DNA of 64,000 bases, taken from the NCBI RefSeq assembly GCF_009914755.1, contig NC_060934.1; one strand, 5' to 3'. This document shows positions 1 through 16,419 of this stretch, in pieces. The notes under the pieces were generated by a model that made no database searches, was not told where the DNA came from, and saw nothing but the letters and a program-made list of their open reading frames with translations. The DNA is from the human T2T-CHM13v2.0 reference genome, Homo sapiens. The translations under genes were made by a program, and so were the position numbers. The first letter of the stretch is position 1, and each line of letters begins with the position of its first letter.

Positions 1-205
1 AATCTTCCAATTCATCTGACCCTTGAGGCATGGAACATGAGGATTGGCTTGGCAGGAGTGAGAATTTTAGTCTCAATCACATTCTTTTTCATCACTGGCT
101 AAGAACTCACCTAACAAGTTTACCTTAGTAGCATCTGTTATATTTGAAACCATGATTAATCTGCTTCCAGTTGAGAAATTTCTAGTTGCGCCATCTTTTG
201 AGCTG

Positions 206-212
206 TTTAAAA
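206..212 (+). promoter_or_regulatory. LIPK: TATA-like element (TTTAAAA) of the putative LIPK promoter
   Basis: TTTAAAA lies about 30 nt upstream of a short segment ending in a good donor at 307. Positional inference only. Confidence 0.4.
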
Positions 213-239
213 CAGAGCATGTTCCACTGACAGTTGCCT

Positions 240-307
240 CTGGAAGGATCTGGAATGCACCTGAAGCTCCCAGGACTTGAAGACAGACCTCCAAAGACTT
301 GGATCAG
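240..307 (+). other. LIPK: Putative non-coding exon 1 of LIPK (start approximate)
   Basis: Donor CAG|GTAATG at 307/308 and a TATA-like box upstream. The first coding exon has its own acceptor 7-11 nt before the ATG, so a 5' UTR exon must exist upstream. Confidence 0.6.
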
Positions 308-3276
308 GTAATGACTTTTCATCTATTTGCAGAGCCTGGATCATAGTGTATTAGTGAGACATAGGAAACCTTCAGAGGGACAGAACTTTACATGTTGATG
401 ATGAATATTGTATTTTGATTCTATCAGGTTAAGCAAGATACAGCAAGAGTATAATGTGACAACTTCAGATGGAGAGTCTTCTAGGTATGTTATGACAAGT
501 TTTCCCTTTCAGAAAGCTGCAGCATCTAGAAAGCAGACATCACTATATTTGAACCTCAGTGAGAGGAGGTATCACAAGTCTACACTTGGAAAAATCTAGC
601 AATAAATAATTTTATGAACCTCTCTTTTGAGTCTTGCATCTAGGGGTTTGGGAAATAATGTTTGGATAATGTTCTCAAAACCATTTACCATTTTTTAGGA
701 AGCCCTTTATGTTCTCATTCCAATGGCCTTGAGTATGAATATTCTTTTTTATGATCAGGGTCATCTGCAGGGGAATATGAAGCAAAGTGACTGTCAAGAG
801 TGACACAACTGCTTATGAAATCAATCATTTGTGGAGGACACACCATTCTCTTTTTCTGCTGCTTTGTAATAAATAGTTTGACTGGGAGAGGAGTGAAAAT
901 GTGGTTCACATTAATGTAGATGATATTTAAGAGTATCATGCTCCTGTCACCCTTTAAATTGCAGACCTGATTGGAAGCTAGAAAGATGAAGATGAGTCAA
1001 CTGGATGGACTAATATTCCCTCTAGACATAGAGAGATTAAATAATTATTCTTTAATTCTATGTGTCAAAGCCAAACTGTTATTTTTTGTTTGTTTTTACA
1101 AAATAGTTATCCTTTGTTTTCTTTTTCTAGAAATAAGAAAGCAGTTTTTACCAGGCTTTCTTCGTGTCTGAAAACAGAAACCAACTCAAATATATAGCAC
1201 CTTGGCATACTTAGCACTTCAGGCTGTAAATATGAGAGTATGGAACTGAGTTTTGGAATAACAATATGAAGTTAAAGTGCCATTTTACTCTAAAATTACT
1301 TGGTTTCATATTCCTTCACTGGACTATCCTGTCTCTCCCTTACTTTGTAAGGACATTGAGGGAAAAATTATTTCCTTCACTGCTCTTCCTTTGTGGTTTA
1401 TTTTATTTAATTTTTGCCTTTAATTTGAAGGAACAATCTTTCAGACCCTATTTTACCAGGCAGGACAAGTGTTTTGTCCTTCATATTATCGAAGACATGT
1501 GAAATATAATGCTCTTTAAATGTTTGTTATTCATTTTTTTCTGCCTTGGCATTTTATTTCCCATTTATCCCAAGACTCTTGTTCTTTTCTGCTTGCCTCT
1601 AGGCTTAGAGCACAGAGCTACTGGCCTCTTAACCTATTTGAAAATTCCATCAAAGTTGCCTAGTCTTTCTTCCTGATTCAAATGTGCTAGGTGTTTAATT
1701 CTCAAATCTACAATTTTTAGGACTGGATATCCTATTAGGTAAAGATTTCCTTTCATTCACTTGTTAATAGTCTCCTCAGTCTTCCTGATTCATTGTCTTT
1801 CACCCTGTGGGTGGGGGAAAAACAGGGAAGCAATTTAAATCTAGTTTCTGACTAACCTGACCACTAATAGTTGTGAGTCACTCTGTTTTGGTAAGAGGTT
1901 AAAAGTATTAGAGCTTTATGAAGGATGCTGAGGTAGGAGCAAGACAGATCCTAAATCTCTGTAAACACCCAGTGGGTTTTTAGATTTAAAATGTCAGATA
2001 AAAAGGAAAAATGTGGCAGATGCAAAAACATTCTAATTGATAAACAACAGTCTTCTGGCAAACCCAGTCATTTGTATGGCTGCCAAGAATCTTTTAATAA
2101 ACAAAAACTATGCGATACTGCTGAAATGATTATTACAAGATGGAAGTACTAAAACTTCTGAACTTTGCCCCTAAGAAGACATCTAGGACATTTACTCACA
2201 GGTCATTGAGTTTAAATTTATACATAATTATTTCTAAATGTCATAACCTTTGCTATTATTATAAGGATGATTCAAGCTAATAAATTCATCAAGAAAAATA
2301 TATAACCAATAAGTAAATTAGTGGAAGAGGGAAAATGTTTATTCCCTGTGACCAAATATAACCATTTTCATTTTGGAGTAATTCTTCTAGTCTTTTGAAG
2401 ACCATACTTTTTTGTTTATTTGTTTTAGAAGTTTAAAAACAATAAAAATTTAAAAATATATAACAGTTGCTTAAATATTATTTTTGCTTCTATAGTCCCA
2501 AAGTTTGCAAAACTCTGTAAGTGACTGCAAATTTTTAGGTTGGCATATAAAATTTATGTCATATTTTTAAATCATTGCTAAGGTGCACTTTATGGCACAT
2601 TGTAAATATTAATAGTTTAAAATTAAATTGCTACACAATTTTCAAAATGAATCCAATAGAATAATGATTTGATGCCTAATATCATCCATTTAAAAATTCC
2701 CTTAATGAATTTAAAGTTTTACATCTTTTATTTTTCTCTTTCTATTCATATTCTCATTCCAGTCATTTCTACAGATGTTTTACATATTCCTACAAATATA
2801 TTTTAATATAACATATTTGTGTTATTATTTCTTTTATTGATCAGTAGATTATTCTCTGCAACTAAAAGGTCCATATACATTAAAACTTAAATTGTTTTCA
2901 TTTCCTGTGACCATAAGGTTGCATTTTGTAAAAAGTTTTTAATGATGTGTGATTTTAATTTTTCTTTGTATATAATTGTCCAAAGGATCATAACACATTA
3001 AAAGTTTAATGAAAAATGATTAAGCATTAGGAGTAAAACTTTATTGGTGATGCTTTTCTTAATGACGTAAATAGATCTTTGCCTTTTAAATTCTGCATCC
3101 ATTGATGATGATTATTTATTGACAGAATGAAACAAAATTCATCATCAATTCTTTTTCATTTTTTGAATAGATGTGAGTGCTGAGAAACCATGTTTACATA
3201 ATGCCACAATTTTTTGAACTCTTTATGAAGCTCTGTGTCACAAATCACATAGTGATGCATCAACAAAAATTATTTT

Positions 3277-3560
3277 ATTTTTTTATTATACTTTAAGTTC
3301 TGGGATACATGTGCAGAATGTGTAGGTTTGTTACATAGGTATACATGTGCCACGGTGGTTTGCTGCACCTATCAACCCGTCATCTACATTAGGTATTTCT
3401 CCTAATGCTATCCTTCTCCTTGTCCCCCACCCCCCGACAGGCCCCAGTGTGTGATGTTCCCCTCCCTGTGTTCTCATTGTTCAACTCTCACCTATGAGTG
3501 AGAACATGCGGTGTTTGGATTTTTGTTCCTGTTAGCTGGCTGAGAATGATGGCTTCCAGC
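3277..3560 (-). mobile_element. 5'-truncated L1PA (L1PA6/7-like) 3' end
   Basis: Starts ttattatactttaagttctgggatacatgtgcag, the reverse complement of the L1 3' UTR. 14-bp TSD ACAAAAATTATTTT at 3263-3276 and 3567-3580. Confidence 0.92.
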
Positions 3561-4389
3561 CAAGACACAAAAATTATTTTTTATGATCTATCTACTAACC
3601 ACTCAAGTGCATCCTCTTTCTATTTTTTTTTTTTTAAGCAAAGAATTCGAAACCGACTTGCAGAAGTTAAATGCCCTTGGAAAGGGACTGCTATTTTATT
3701 AAGGTCAGTTCCTTTCCCAATACCAATGTCAATATTGTCAATTATTCTCTTGTTAGGGAGTCTCAGCCATTTATACAGCCTAGAACAATTCACATCGTAA
3801 GATTCAGGAAAGGAGAGGGTTGGGCTTTTCCTTTGCAAAGTTAGAAAAGGAGACCCTGCTTCAAACCAGAAATTCTCAGGCCAAATTAGTATTACAAAAG
3901 AGTGTAGATGAGAGTCAAAGGTCTAGAATTTCATTCTTTTAAAACTAGGTATGTGCCTATGTATTTCTTGAAAGTTATTGTATACTCTATAGACTATTGG
4001 TATATACAATTCTTTTGCCCAACAACTTTTTCCTCTATTTAACATAATGTTATAAGTATGCTTTCATGTTTTTATATAGTCTTTAAAATAATTGAATGGA
4101 CTTATCTACAAGATTAAATTAATATATTATAGTTTATTTTAAAATTCTCTTGTAATTGAAAACATGTTTTTAATTTTTATTACAAATAACAAGAATTAAA
4201 GCAATCTTGTACAAAAAGATCCCTCTCCAAGTTGAGAATTTATCTTTTTAGCATGTATTTATTGAGTGGAACTACTGGGATATAAAATGTGGATGTTCTT
4301 TAAAATTCCTAGTAATTACAGCAATATGTCAAATAAGTTTTACTAGTTTACACCAGCACTAGTAAATGTTGAAAACACCTGCTTTGCAA

Positions 4390-5230
4390 CAGTTTCCAGT
4401 TTCCTTTTAATTGTGGTATAATTACATTCAGTAAAATGCACAGATCTGAATTGTACAGTTTGATGAATCTTAGCAATTACCCCAGTCAAAATTTGCCCTA
4501 GAACCAAGCAAACACTATTGTGATTTCTATTCCTATGAATTAGTTTTATCTGTTTTTGACCTTTACAGAAATTCAACCGCAGAGTATGCACTCCTTTGTG
4601 CTTTTTTCATTCGGCATAACGTTTGTGATATTTATCCAGGCTGTTGAATGTGTCGATGAGTAGTAAGCATTCCATTACATAAATATAACATGATTATGTG
4701 TCCATTCTACTACTAATGGACATTTGTATTATTTTCAATAATTTGCTATTTGTGAATAAATCTTCAGCGAACAATCTTGCAAACCAATATTTTCTTTTAT
4801 TTTAAGCAACTACCTAAAGGCAGAATTGCTATCTCACAGGATTTTCAGAAACTGTTAGAGTTTCTGAGAGTCACTGTGATATTATAAACTATAAATATAT
4901 ATCCCATCATCAATATATGGAAAGGTCCAGTAGCTCCTCATCTTCCCCAACATTTGGTGCAGTTGATGTTAGCTAGTCTAGTGAGTATGCAGTAGTATCT
5001 CTCTAGGGTTTAACTTTGCATTTCTTTCTGATGACTAACAATGTTGAACATCTTTTCTTGTGTTTATTGACCTTCCATCTATTCTCTTTTGTTTACTGTC
5101 TGTCCAAGTATTTTGTCCATTTTTTAAATTTAATTTTTTTGTTGTTATTTATTTCTGGAGTTCTTGAAATTTCCTAGAGTCCTTTATCAAATATCTGTTG
5201 CAAATATTTTCCTTTTGTCTGTGAATTGTC
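4390..5230 (-). mobile_element. Old L1M (L1MC/ME-like) 3' region
   Basis: Decayed L1M motifs (ttgcatttctttctgatgactaacaatgttgaacatcttttc). Boundaries approximate. Confidence 0.7.
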
Positions 5231-5234
5231 TTTT

Positions 5235-5446
5235 TATTTTATTATTGCATATATTTTAATGTGAATAACGTGATGTTTTGCTATATATATATGTAGTGAA
5301 ATGGTTACTATAGTCAAACAAATTAACGTATCAATAATCTTACCTAGTTACCCTTTGTGTGCGTGGCAAGAGCGCTTAAAATGTACTCTTTTAGCCAAAA
5401 TTCCAAGTACAATACAATAAACTATAGCCCTCAAGTTGTACATTAG
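5235..5446 (-). mobile_element. L1MA (L1MA9/10-like) 3' end fragment
   Basis: gtgaaatggttactatagtcaaacaaattaac...tactctttagc...gtacattag. Confidence 0.7.
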
Positions 5447-5474
5447 CTGTTTTGTTTCTTCTCTTTTCCTTTGC

Positions 5475-5804
<330 letters not shown>

Positions 5805-7606
5805 TAATAATTTTTTAATCTTTTTTTTGTTTATGGTTAGTTGTCTACCCCAAACTTGTAAAGATATTATTCTTTGTTATCTTCTAACAACTTTGTACTT
5901 AAGCTTTTAGTTTTAGATTTGCAATCTGAGGTATATTTTTGTATCTGGTTTGGGAAATGTATCAAGGTTACTTTTTTCAAAATTGATTTCCAATTGTTCC
6001 TGCAGGAATAATTGTTGAAAATACTTTCTCATTGAAATACATTGAAACCTATGTCAAAAGTTATTAAACAACATATAATTTAATCTGTTGAGTCTGTTGA
6101 TGTATAAACAAAGTATATCTCTCTATGTATTTGGATTTGTTTTGTAATTTTCAGTGTAAAGATTTTACAGATCTTCTGCTCAATGTATTTCTCATTATTT
6201 TGATTTTTGTTAGCATAGCAAGTGTAGTGCAATGATGACTCTGAACTCTCTCAGTTGAAATCATATTTTACCACTTTTTAATAGATAAAATTTTACAATG
6301 TTTCAGTAATTTTTTTAGCTAAAAAGAACTAAAACTAGCTATGACAGCAACAATAAAAATGACTGGTAACAATGCAAGTAAGCTTCATTTACCTACTTAC
6401 TATTCATGCACTTATTCAGCAAATCCATACTGTGGACCTACCATAATGTGGACCTAACATTTACCTGTTAATGGCCTAAATTCTCATACATGCTGAACAG
6501 ATAAGGTGTCTATTGTAAATATAGTACTGCTCCCTCCCATATTCTTTGTGAAAGTCATATCCTTGTTCCAGATAATGTTTTTTTTTCTTAATTCCAGGCT
6601 CCATACTCTGAATCATCTGAGCCACTTCTCATTAACACATACATCAGCTTAGCCTAATTATAGCTTTTGCAGGGATTTATCTGAGCTGATGTATCTGTAC
6701 TGTTTCCATTTACTTTTCTGCTTATTTTCTTCAGAGAACTGTCCTATTTAAAATGAAAATGCTAGTGTGATTCTTACTGTTACCATGGGAAGAAGAGAGA
6801 GAAAGAGAAAGCTTTGAAATAGTGCATTGCAATAGTCCATAATTTCTTTCTCTTGAATAAAGAGTTTTATTTTGTTTTTAACCAGAGGGTCAGATATAAG
6901 GAAACTGAAAGAAAAGATGACCAACTTCTTTTGAATAAGATTTTCAGCCTGTAACTCTATATTAGCTATAGGTTACTGGAATTTCATGAAATGTATGCAT
7001 CCTGGTAGTCATTTAAAGAAATGAAATACATGGGATACTCCATCATCACACAGGAGACACAGTATAGAGAGGTGGTTACATCTGTAGACTCTGGGATCAA
7101 ACCAATCAGATACAAATATCGCTATAGCAATTTCTAGCTATGTGAATTTAGCTAACCTACTTACCCTCTCTTTGCATGAGTTCCACTTTCTGTACAACAA
7201 ACCAACAAAAAGAGGATAATAGAGATAATAATAGTAGCACCTACCAATAGAGTTGTTTGTAACTTAATTCTTATAAATCACTTTTTAAAGTTAACGCCAT
7301 ATAGTTATTTCCAATTGTTATTATATGTGATAGATACCAAAAATTATAGCTGTTATTGTCCTAATTGCATTTTGATTTTTTGTTGTAAGTATTACCATAA
7401 CAGTGTTTTTATTTCTGGCGACTAGAAAAAAAGAGGGATAAACTTTCAAAGCAAGAAAATACAGTTCTGAAAGAAGCATAGTTTTATGAACTATCTACTT
7501 TATCAGCATAAGAAAAAACAATTGCTTTTTAAATATTAGCTTTGTATCTTAATACTTTTCTCTGTATTCATCTATTAGATATAGTGGGTTTTGTGTAGAC
7601 TAGTTA

Positions 7607-9696
<2,090 letters not shown>

Positions 9697-9700
<4 letters not shown>

Positions 9701-9815
9701 TCTTCCTTTTCTTTCTTTTTTCTTTCTTTCTGTTTCTCTTTCTTTCTTTCTTTCCTTTCTTTCTCTCTCTCTTTCTTTCTCCTTCCTTCCTTCCTGCTTT
9801 CCTTCCTTCCTTGCC
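9697..9815. repeat. (TTTC)n/(TTCC)n simple repeat
   Basis: Visible pyrimidine tetramer array. Confidence 0.9.
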
Positions 9816-10347
9816 TGTTTTCTGCCTTATTCTAGGATAATAAAATATTAGCATTCTGTCATGATTCCTCTATTGAGTTTTTAAAATATGCCTACCTCAA
9901 GATTGCAAATTTGTACCCTATTATCTGATGACTGAAAACAATTGACTTGTATGTTTGATCTAGTGAGAGAACTAGTCTTGTATGAGTTACACCACCATAT
10001 TTGGAAGTGGAAGTTTTTCATTATGGTTTCTCAAATGGATATTTAATATGATAAAATGATTTTGTAAAAATTAATCTTTTGGCAACATACATAATGATTC
10101 GACTCATAAAGACTCAAAAATGAAAAACCAGGCAGGAGACCAGTATAATGATATAAGATATTAGGAATTAGATACTAGACTAGATAGGTAATAGTAATAA
10201 TTGAAAACTTTTTAAAAAGAATGACAGAGAAAAGAGATAATTGAGCAAAGTTTTGAAAAGGAGTTTGAAAATATTTGAAAGAATATCACTATTTATTAAG
10301 AGATTGGCAATAGAGTTTGAGGAAATCAGAGAATTCAGGAAAATTTC

Positions 10348-10648
10348 TTTTTTTTTTTTTTTTTTTTTGAGACAGAGTCTCATTCTGTCATTCAGGTGGG
10401 AGTGCAGTGGCCCGATCTCGGTTCACTGCAACCTCTGCCTCTCGGGTTCAAGTGATTCTCCTGCCTCAGCCTCCGAGTAGCTGGGACTACAGGCATGTGC
10501 CACCACAACTGGCTAATTTTTGTATTTTCAGTAGAGACAGATTTCACCATGTTAGCCAGGCTGGTCTGGAACTCCTGGCCTCAGGTGATCCACACGCCTC
10601 GGCCTCCCAAAGTGCTGGGATTACAGGCATGAGCCACTGAGCCTGGCC
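10348..10648 (-). mobile_element. AluS
   Basis: Poly-T then Alu. TSD agaat(tc/at)aggaaaatttc at 10330-10347 and 10649-10666. Confidence 0.95.
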
Positions 10649-13600
10649 AGAATATAGGAAAATTTCAGTTTCCAGCTTTCAAGATTGGGAGGATACAGAT
10701 TCTGGAATTGAAATAAAAGAGGAATTGAAAAAGAAAAAGAGAATAATTCTATTTGAGGGGATACTGGATTAAAGACTGCAAAAAGAAATCAAAGTGGAAG
10801 TATCCTGAAGGCTTGAGGGAATATGGAATTAGAGGTTCACATGTGGGATGTATGGATTTGGATTTTTTTTCTCACCTAGGGAATATATGAAAGTATGTGA
10901 TTAGTGAGAGATACTTGAGAGAATGAGTTTGGGGAGAAAGAAAGAGTGAGCAGCAGACAGATGATAAGATGCTGTTGGATCAAGGAGAATGGGGAAAGAG
11001 ACCAGTGCATGTAGCTAGCAAAGGGTGGAGCTGGGAGTCAGAACACCAGAGGTGAAGAAGCGGATGGGTGACTAGGAGACAGCAGGAGAGATCCCACATG
11101 TTTGATTCCAGGATTTGTCTGTTTTGTCATCCAGTTCATTTAAATAGTAAACATAGGGATGAGCTCTCAAACCATCTGCTAAATACCTGGTTGTGAATAC
11201 CAGATTCCTTTGGAATATCTCTCTGCTCCCTTCTAGATCTTTTCATTCAAATGATTGTAAAGGAAAGGTTCGTCTTGGTCCTTAACTTTGCTTGAGTTAT
11301 TTTAGAAACATAGCAGAAGATATTCACCTTCTACTCTTGGGTTTTTCTGTAAAGAAGATGCATCCTGCCTTATATTCCGGTATTTTCTATTTTTTTATGA
11401 TTTAGTTATGCTGTCTTTAGCATTATTTCTTTGGAACTTTGCAACAACCTCATGAGGAAGGTGGCATAGGCATTTTTAAGGTCCACGTGTTTTCCCAGAT
11501 AGGAAAAGAAAGGCCCACACTATAGGTCTTCTGTTTTTCGGACTCTTTTTCTAGAATTCTTTCATTAACTCCCAGTAACTCTCCTAATTGTGCATTGTGA
11601 TAGAGAAGAGGATAATAAACTTTTCCTCCTCAGCACACAGTTGGGAAATAATGATGTACCATCTGATCTACAGACAAAAATAAGCTGAATGCACAATTGC
11701 CATAAAATTCCTGCTAATATCTCATCTGGAAATATATAGAAATATATTACTCAAGACCAGCCATTCCATTGTTTACCAACAACTGAACATGTAAAAATTG
11801 CTCAAACATAGCTTATTAAGATACGAAGTGAAAAAACATCACTCAGGTTGCCTAAACTTGTATTATTTAATGTTTTTTTTTTTCTGATTTATTTCTTCCC
11901 CACTCTCTTTTTCTTTGCCTTCCTGGCTCCTTTCTTTAACTTTTCTCATTTTCTGTCTCTCTCTTGGGGCAGGAAAGAGGCTCTTTCAGTTTTTTGTTTA
12001 GCCTTCTTAAGATCATATAGGTAATATCGATTCATTATAAATATGGACCTTTTATCCTTTTGTCCAAATAATGATCTGTTATATAATTGCTTTCTTCCTC
12101 CCATGCATTCTACATTCCCACATTTCTTTTCCATATCTTTCTTAGCTCACTAATCAAGAAAAGATGAAACAAAAAATGTATGCCATAACTGATGACAGGC
12201 AAGATATGGTTTCATGTCTTTCACTAATATTATACTTGGCTTCCTTCTATATATATACATACATATTATTTAGGAAATTTTATATATATAGATCTATATA
12301 TATAGAAGGAAGCCAAGTATAATATAGGATGAAAATTTTATATATATACTTTAGAAAATTATATATTATATATATAAATTTTTATCCCATTTGTCATGTC
12401 TTCCTTGGGCTGTGAGAATGTCATACATTTTGCTTACATTTTATTGTGCATGTTGACATCAGCTTTGTTTTGTGTCTTTTATTTGTTTACCAGGTAACCT
12501 GCATATACAAGAAATTTTCTATTTTCATTTTTCTGGGCCCTATCCTATTTTTTACTTTGTCACTCATAAGAATTTTATACTCAAATTTGTTAAGACAAAA
12601 TTGTTCCTCTCTTGTAATCTTCCAATGAGTTACACTGTTCCCAAACTATCTTCATAAGGGGTAGTAAGACCCAGTGAAAAGAAATTGAGTAAAACAGATA
12701 TTGTTCAAATTCTAAATTGACATTTACGTTTGCTAGCGATGGAAAAATAATGATTATAATGATTAAGCATATAGATGCTCAGTCCATGGTATATAAATTA
12801 TAGATTAAATAGGTAAAGTACTCTATACAGTGAAAAATGAATATTATTAATAGAATTAATAAGTAAACAGAAATTCTTGGCTGCTCTTATTCTATTTGAG
12901 AAGTGTTGGTACAAAATATGTTGTTATTTTTCATAAGTCAATTGAAATAATTGTGCCATATTCAGTATGAGCAAAACTAGAGACACAGAAGATTTAAAAA
13001 GTTATAAATATGAAGTATTTGTATTTATAATATAAAGTATAATATGTGGTTCTTGTCCTTAAGAAGCTTATGAACTAGTTGAAGAACCAAGACATACATC
13101 TGAAATAATCACAGAAGTAGAAGACATGGTATAACAAGAGCTACCATTTACTGAGAGTCAAGCATTGTTAGATGTTTTATAGACATTATTTATCATCTTA
13201 TTTATCACATCTTTATCATCTTAAGCCAACCCTACACGTAGGTGTTATTATCCTCACCATACAGATAAGAAAATTAAGTTTCAGAGAAGTTTAATTGCCT
13301 AGCAATCACACAACTAATAATAAAAACAGTAATAGTCAATAGTTAGGAAGTGTCTACAATGTGCGGCTTCACTGGGAAGCTAGTGATGGAGTTGAGACAC
13401 AGGAGCTGTGGCTCATAGCCAGTTTTGCTCCCTGCAGTTGAAGCTCTGACAGCTGCATTCTCATGGCTGCCATATCTTCTGAAGGACAGAGTTAGAATTT
13501 TAACTCAGAATTCTCCACAAAGCATTCAGGGATTCATCATTAGCTTTATTTTACCATTGATCAAACTGAAATTCATCTGTAGAAACTGACCCCTTTGCAT

Positions 13601-14316
13601 TTTTTAAACTTAAGAGTTTTCCAAACTTAGAGCTTAGAGTTTTCTGTGGGGTCTTTGTACCTGCACACTCTGGCCAATTCTCACCTCCATTTACGAATAC
13701 AGTGAAGAATTAGGGTGGGGACTGGTTAAGAATGCTCTCCAAGCATTGCCATAAGTTGTTATTAAGTGTTTGCTTGATGAGCCTGATAGTTCCTATTATG
13801 GGGCAATGAGAAAAATGGAATTAAGGTCTCTATTACTTCTGATATTCTTTTGTTGAGAAATTGCTATCCTTGATTTCACCATCAATGTATTTGTCAGTGC
13901 AAAATGCATTACTTATGAGAGCTGCCTACATATAATCCACATGCATTTGATATACAATATGTAAACCCAATATAAAATCAAACATGCATCAAGGCAATAT
14001 TCTCTTGAAAGTCTCATATTTCCTACTGACTGCAGTAGCTAGAGGGGTTGGGGGCAGGGAGCGGACAAAAAGCAACTATTGGAGAAAGGGAGATTTTGAG
14101 CATGGGAAGAGGGTCTTGCAAGTAATGTACCTTTTTCCAACCAAATTTGAGTAAAAGTAGCAGCTGTCTCCACTGTCATGTAGAGCATCTGCCTGAAGAA
14201 ACTTTTGAAAGAGACATTTCCAATTTTTGCCCACTTATTTTAGCCTTTCCTTCATTATATAGATTTTTTTGGTATAGTAAATAGAGAAAGAAATATTAAA
14301 TCAGCATTTAATAATT

Positions 14317-14527
14317 CATGGACACAAAGAGGGGAACGACAGACACTGGGGCCTACTTGAGGGTGGAGGGTAGGAGGAGGAAGAGGATCAGAAAAAGTAA
14401 CTATTTGGTACTAGGTTTAGTACCTGGGCAACGAAATACTCTGTGCAACCAACCTCCATGACACAAGTTTACGTATATAACAAACCTGCACATCTACCCC
14501 TGAATCCAAAATAAAATTTTTAAAAAA
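14317..14527 (+). mobile_element. L1PA13-15/L1PREC2-like 3' end fragment
   Basis: catggacacaaagaggggaac...aaacctgcac...aaaataaaa. Confidence 0.88.
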
Positions 14528-14656
14528 GACGGCAGAAAAGTAGGTTAAATAAAGTTAAATAGAGTCTTGACTGCAGGACTATAGTGAACCTTAATTATAA
14601 ACTAAGGCTCTCCAAATAAGTGATGTTTATAGCATTTATATAAGTGTATCCAGATA

Positions 14657-14728
14657 CATGTGTGTGTATGTGTGTGTGTAGTCTGAATATCCAAGCAAGT
14701 TTTATGCACACACACACACACACACACA
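14657..14728. repeat. (TG)n and (CA)n microsatellites
   Basis: Direct observation. Confidence 0.85.
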
Positions 14729-15968
14729 GTCTATAAGTCTCCAAGGAAGTCATATATATAATATGTACACATACATATATAGTTGAACATATATTTGCCC
14801 ATGGCCTCTTTATACAAATAGCATTTTATGGGAGTCATGTTTTGTAGGATGGCAATGTGAAAAGCTGATTTACAGTGATAAATCAATAAAATCTATTATA
14901 GATTATATCTATAATAAAATATACAATAAATATAATCTATTGTGATTTAATCTGAGTACTTGCAACCAAGGGTCACATCTTTAAAAACTGAGAATCCCCT
15001 GAATTTATCATGTCTGCTTTTTTCTTAGTCTAAAATCCTTATATGCATTAGCATATCCTTAGTCTAATATCCTTATATTTCTTAGTCTAATATCTTTATA
15101 TTTCTTAGTCTAAGGATATATGTCTAAGGATATATGAAACAGGATATAAGGATATATGATATTATATAGAATATAAGGATATATGAACCAGCAGAATGTC
15201 GATGTGGGACACATGAGAAGGCAATATTCATCAGGGAGCTGTCACAGAAACAGGTCAAAGAAATAAAAAAACTCAGAGTATTATTAAGAGAGGTTCCTGA
15301 ATCAAGCACCCTTACCCAACAATTATAGTTAATGCTATAAAGCTTGGATAGGCAAAGCAGGTAAGAACATCCCTTGTAAGAGGTGCTGGAAGACAGGCTG
15401 TTTAGATTGGACTTGACACTCCTTCCTAAATGGAACACGTATAGACTTCTCTTGCTGCGGTGTGTCATCCTTCTATATCCAGATCCATATAACACAGGGG
15501 AACAAAACAAAGGCAGCTGATGGGCTGTATGTCATGGTTACAAAAGGCAATCTGTCATGGCTAGTATATCCTTGTGCCATCCCTTGGGGCTGGCTCCCAG
15601 CTCTTCCTATAAGCAGCACATTGTGCTAGCTCACAGCCCTCTTCCCCTGCAACATTACAACACCGACAGGATTAGCCATTTCAGAAGAGAGCTGGATCTG
15701 CTCCAACACAAGGACCCCAGGTTTACTTACTGGTGATTTTGATTCAGAGGCCTCAAAACGCCAGCCACTCAGCAGAAATGAGACCATGTTAACTGTCAAA
15801 GCCTTGAGAGAGAAGACCAATTTTTACACATTTCCCTACTACTTTGCCATAAAATATAATCCTGAGGTAAGGACCTGATCAACATTCAAAGCTTACTCTC
15901 AGTGAGGAATGATGAAGTGGAATAAAATCAAACCAGTGAAGCAATATGTAATATAAAATAGTGAGTCA

Positions 15969-16288
<320 letters not shown>

Positions 16289-16419
16289 AAGATTAAATAA
16301 CATATTCATGTACTCCTTCATCCATCCATTTTATTGGCATTTATAAAAACCTGCATGCTAGGTCTCAGATAAACAGAAACAAGAATGAAGTAGTTTATCT
16401 TCTGAAAGAATCCAACCAG

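Noticed and set aside
15124-15510. 128-aa minus-strand ORF
   Set aside because: Non-ATG start, ends in a low-complexity repeat, and has no domain or splice support.
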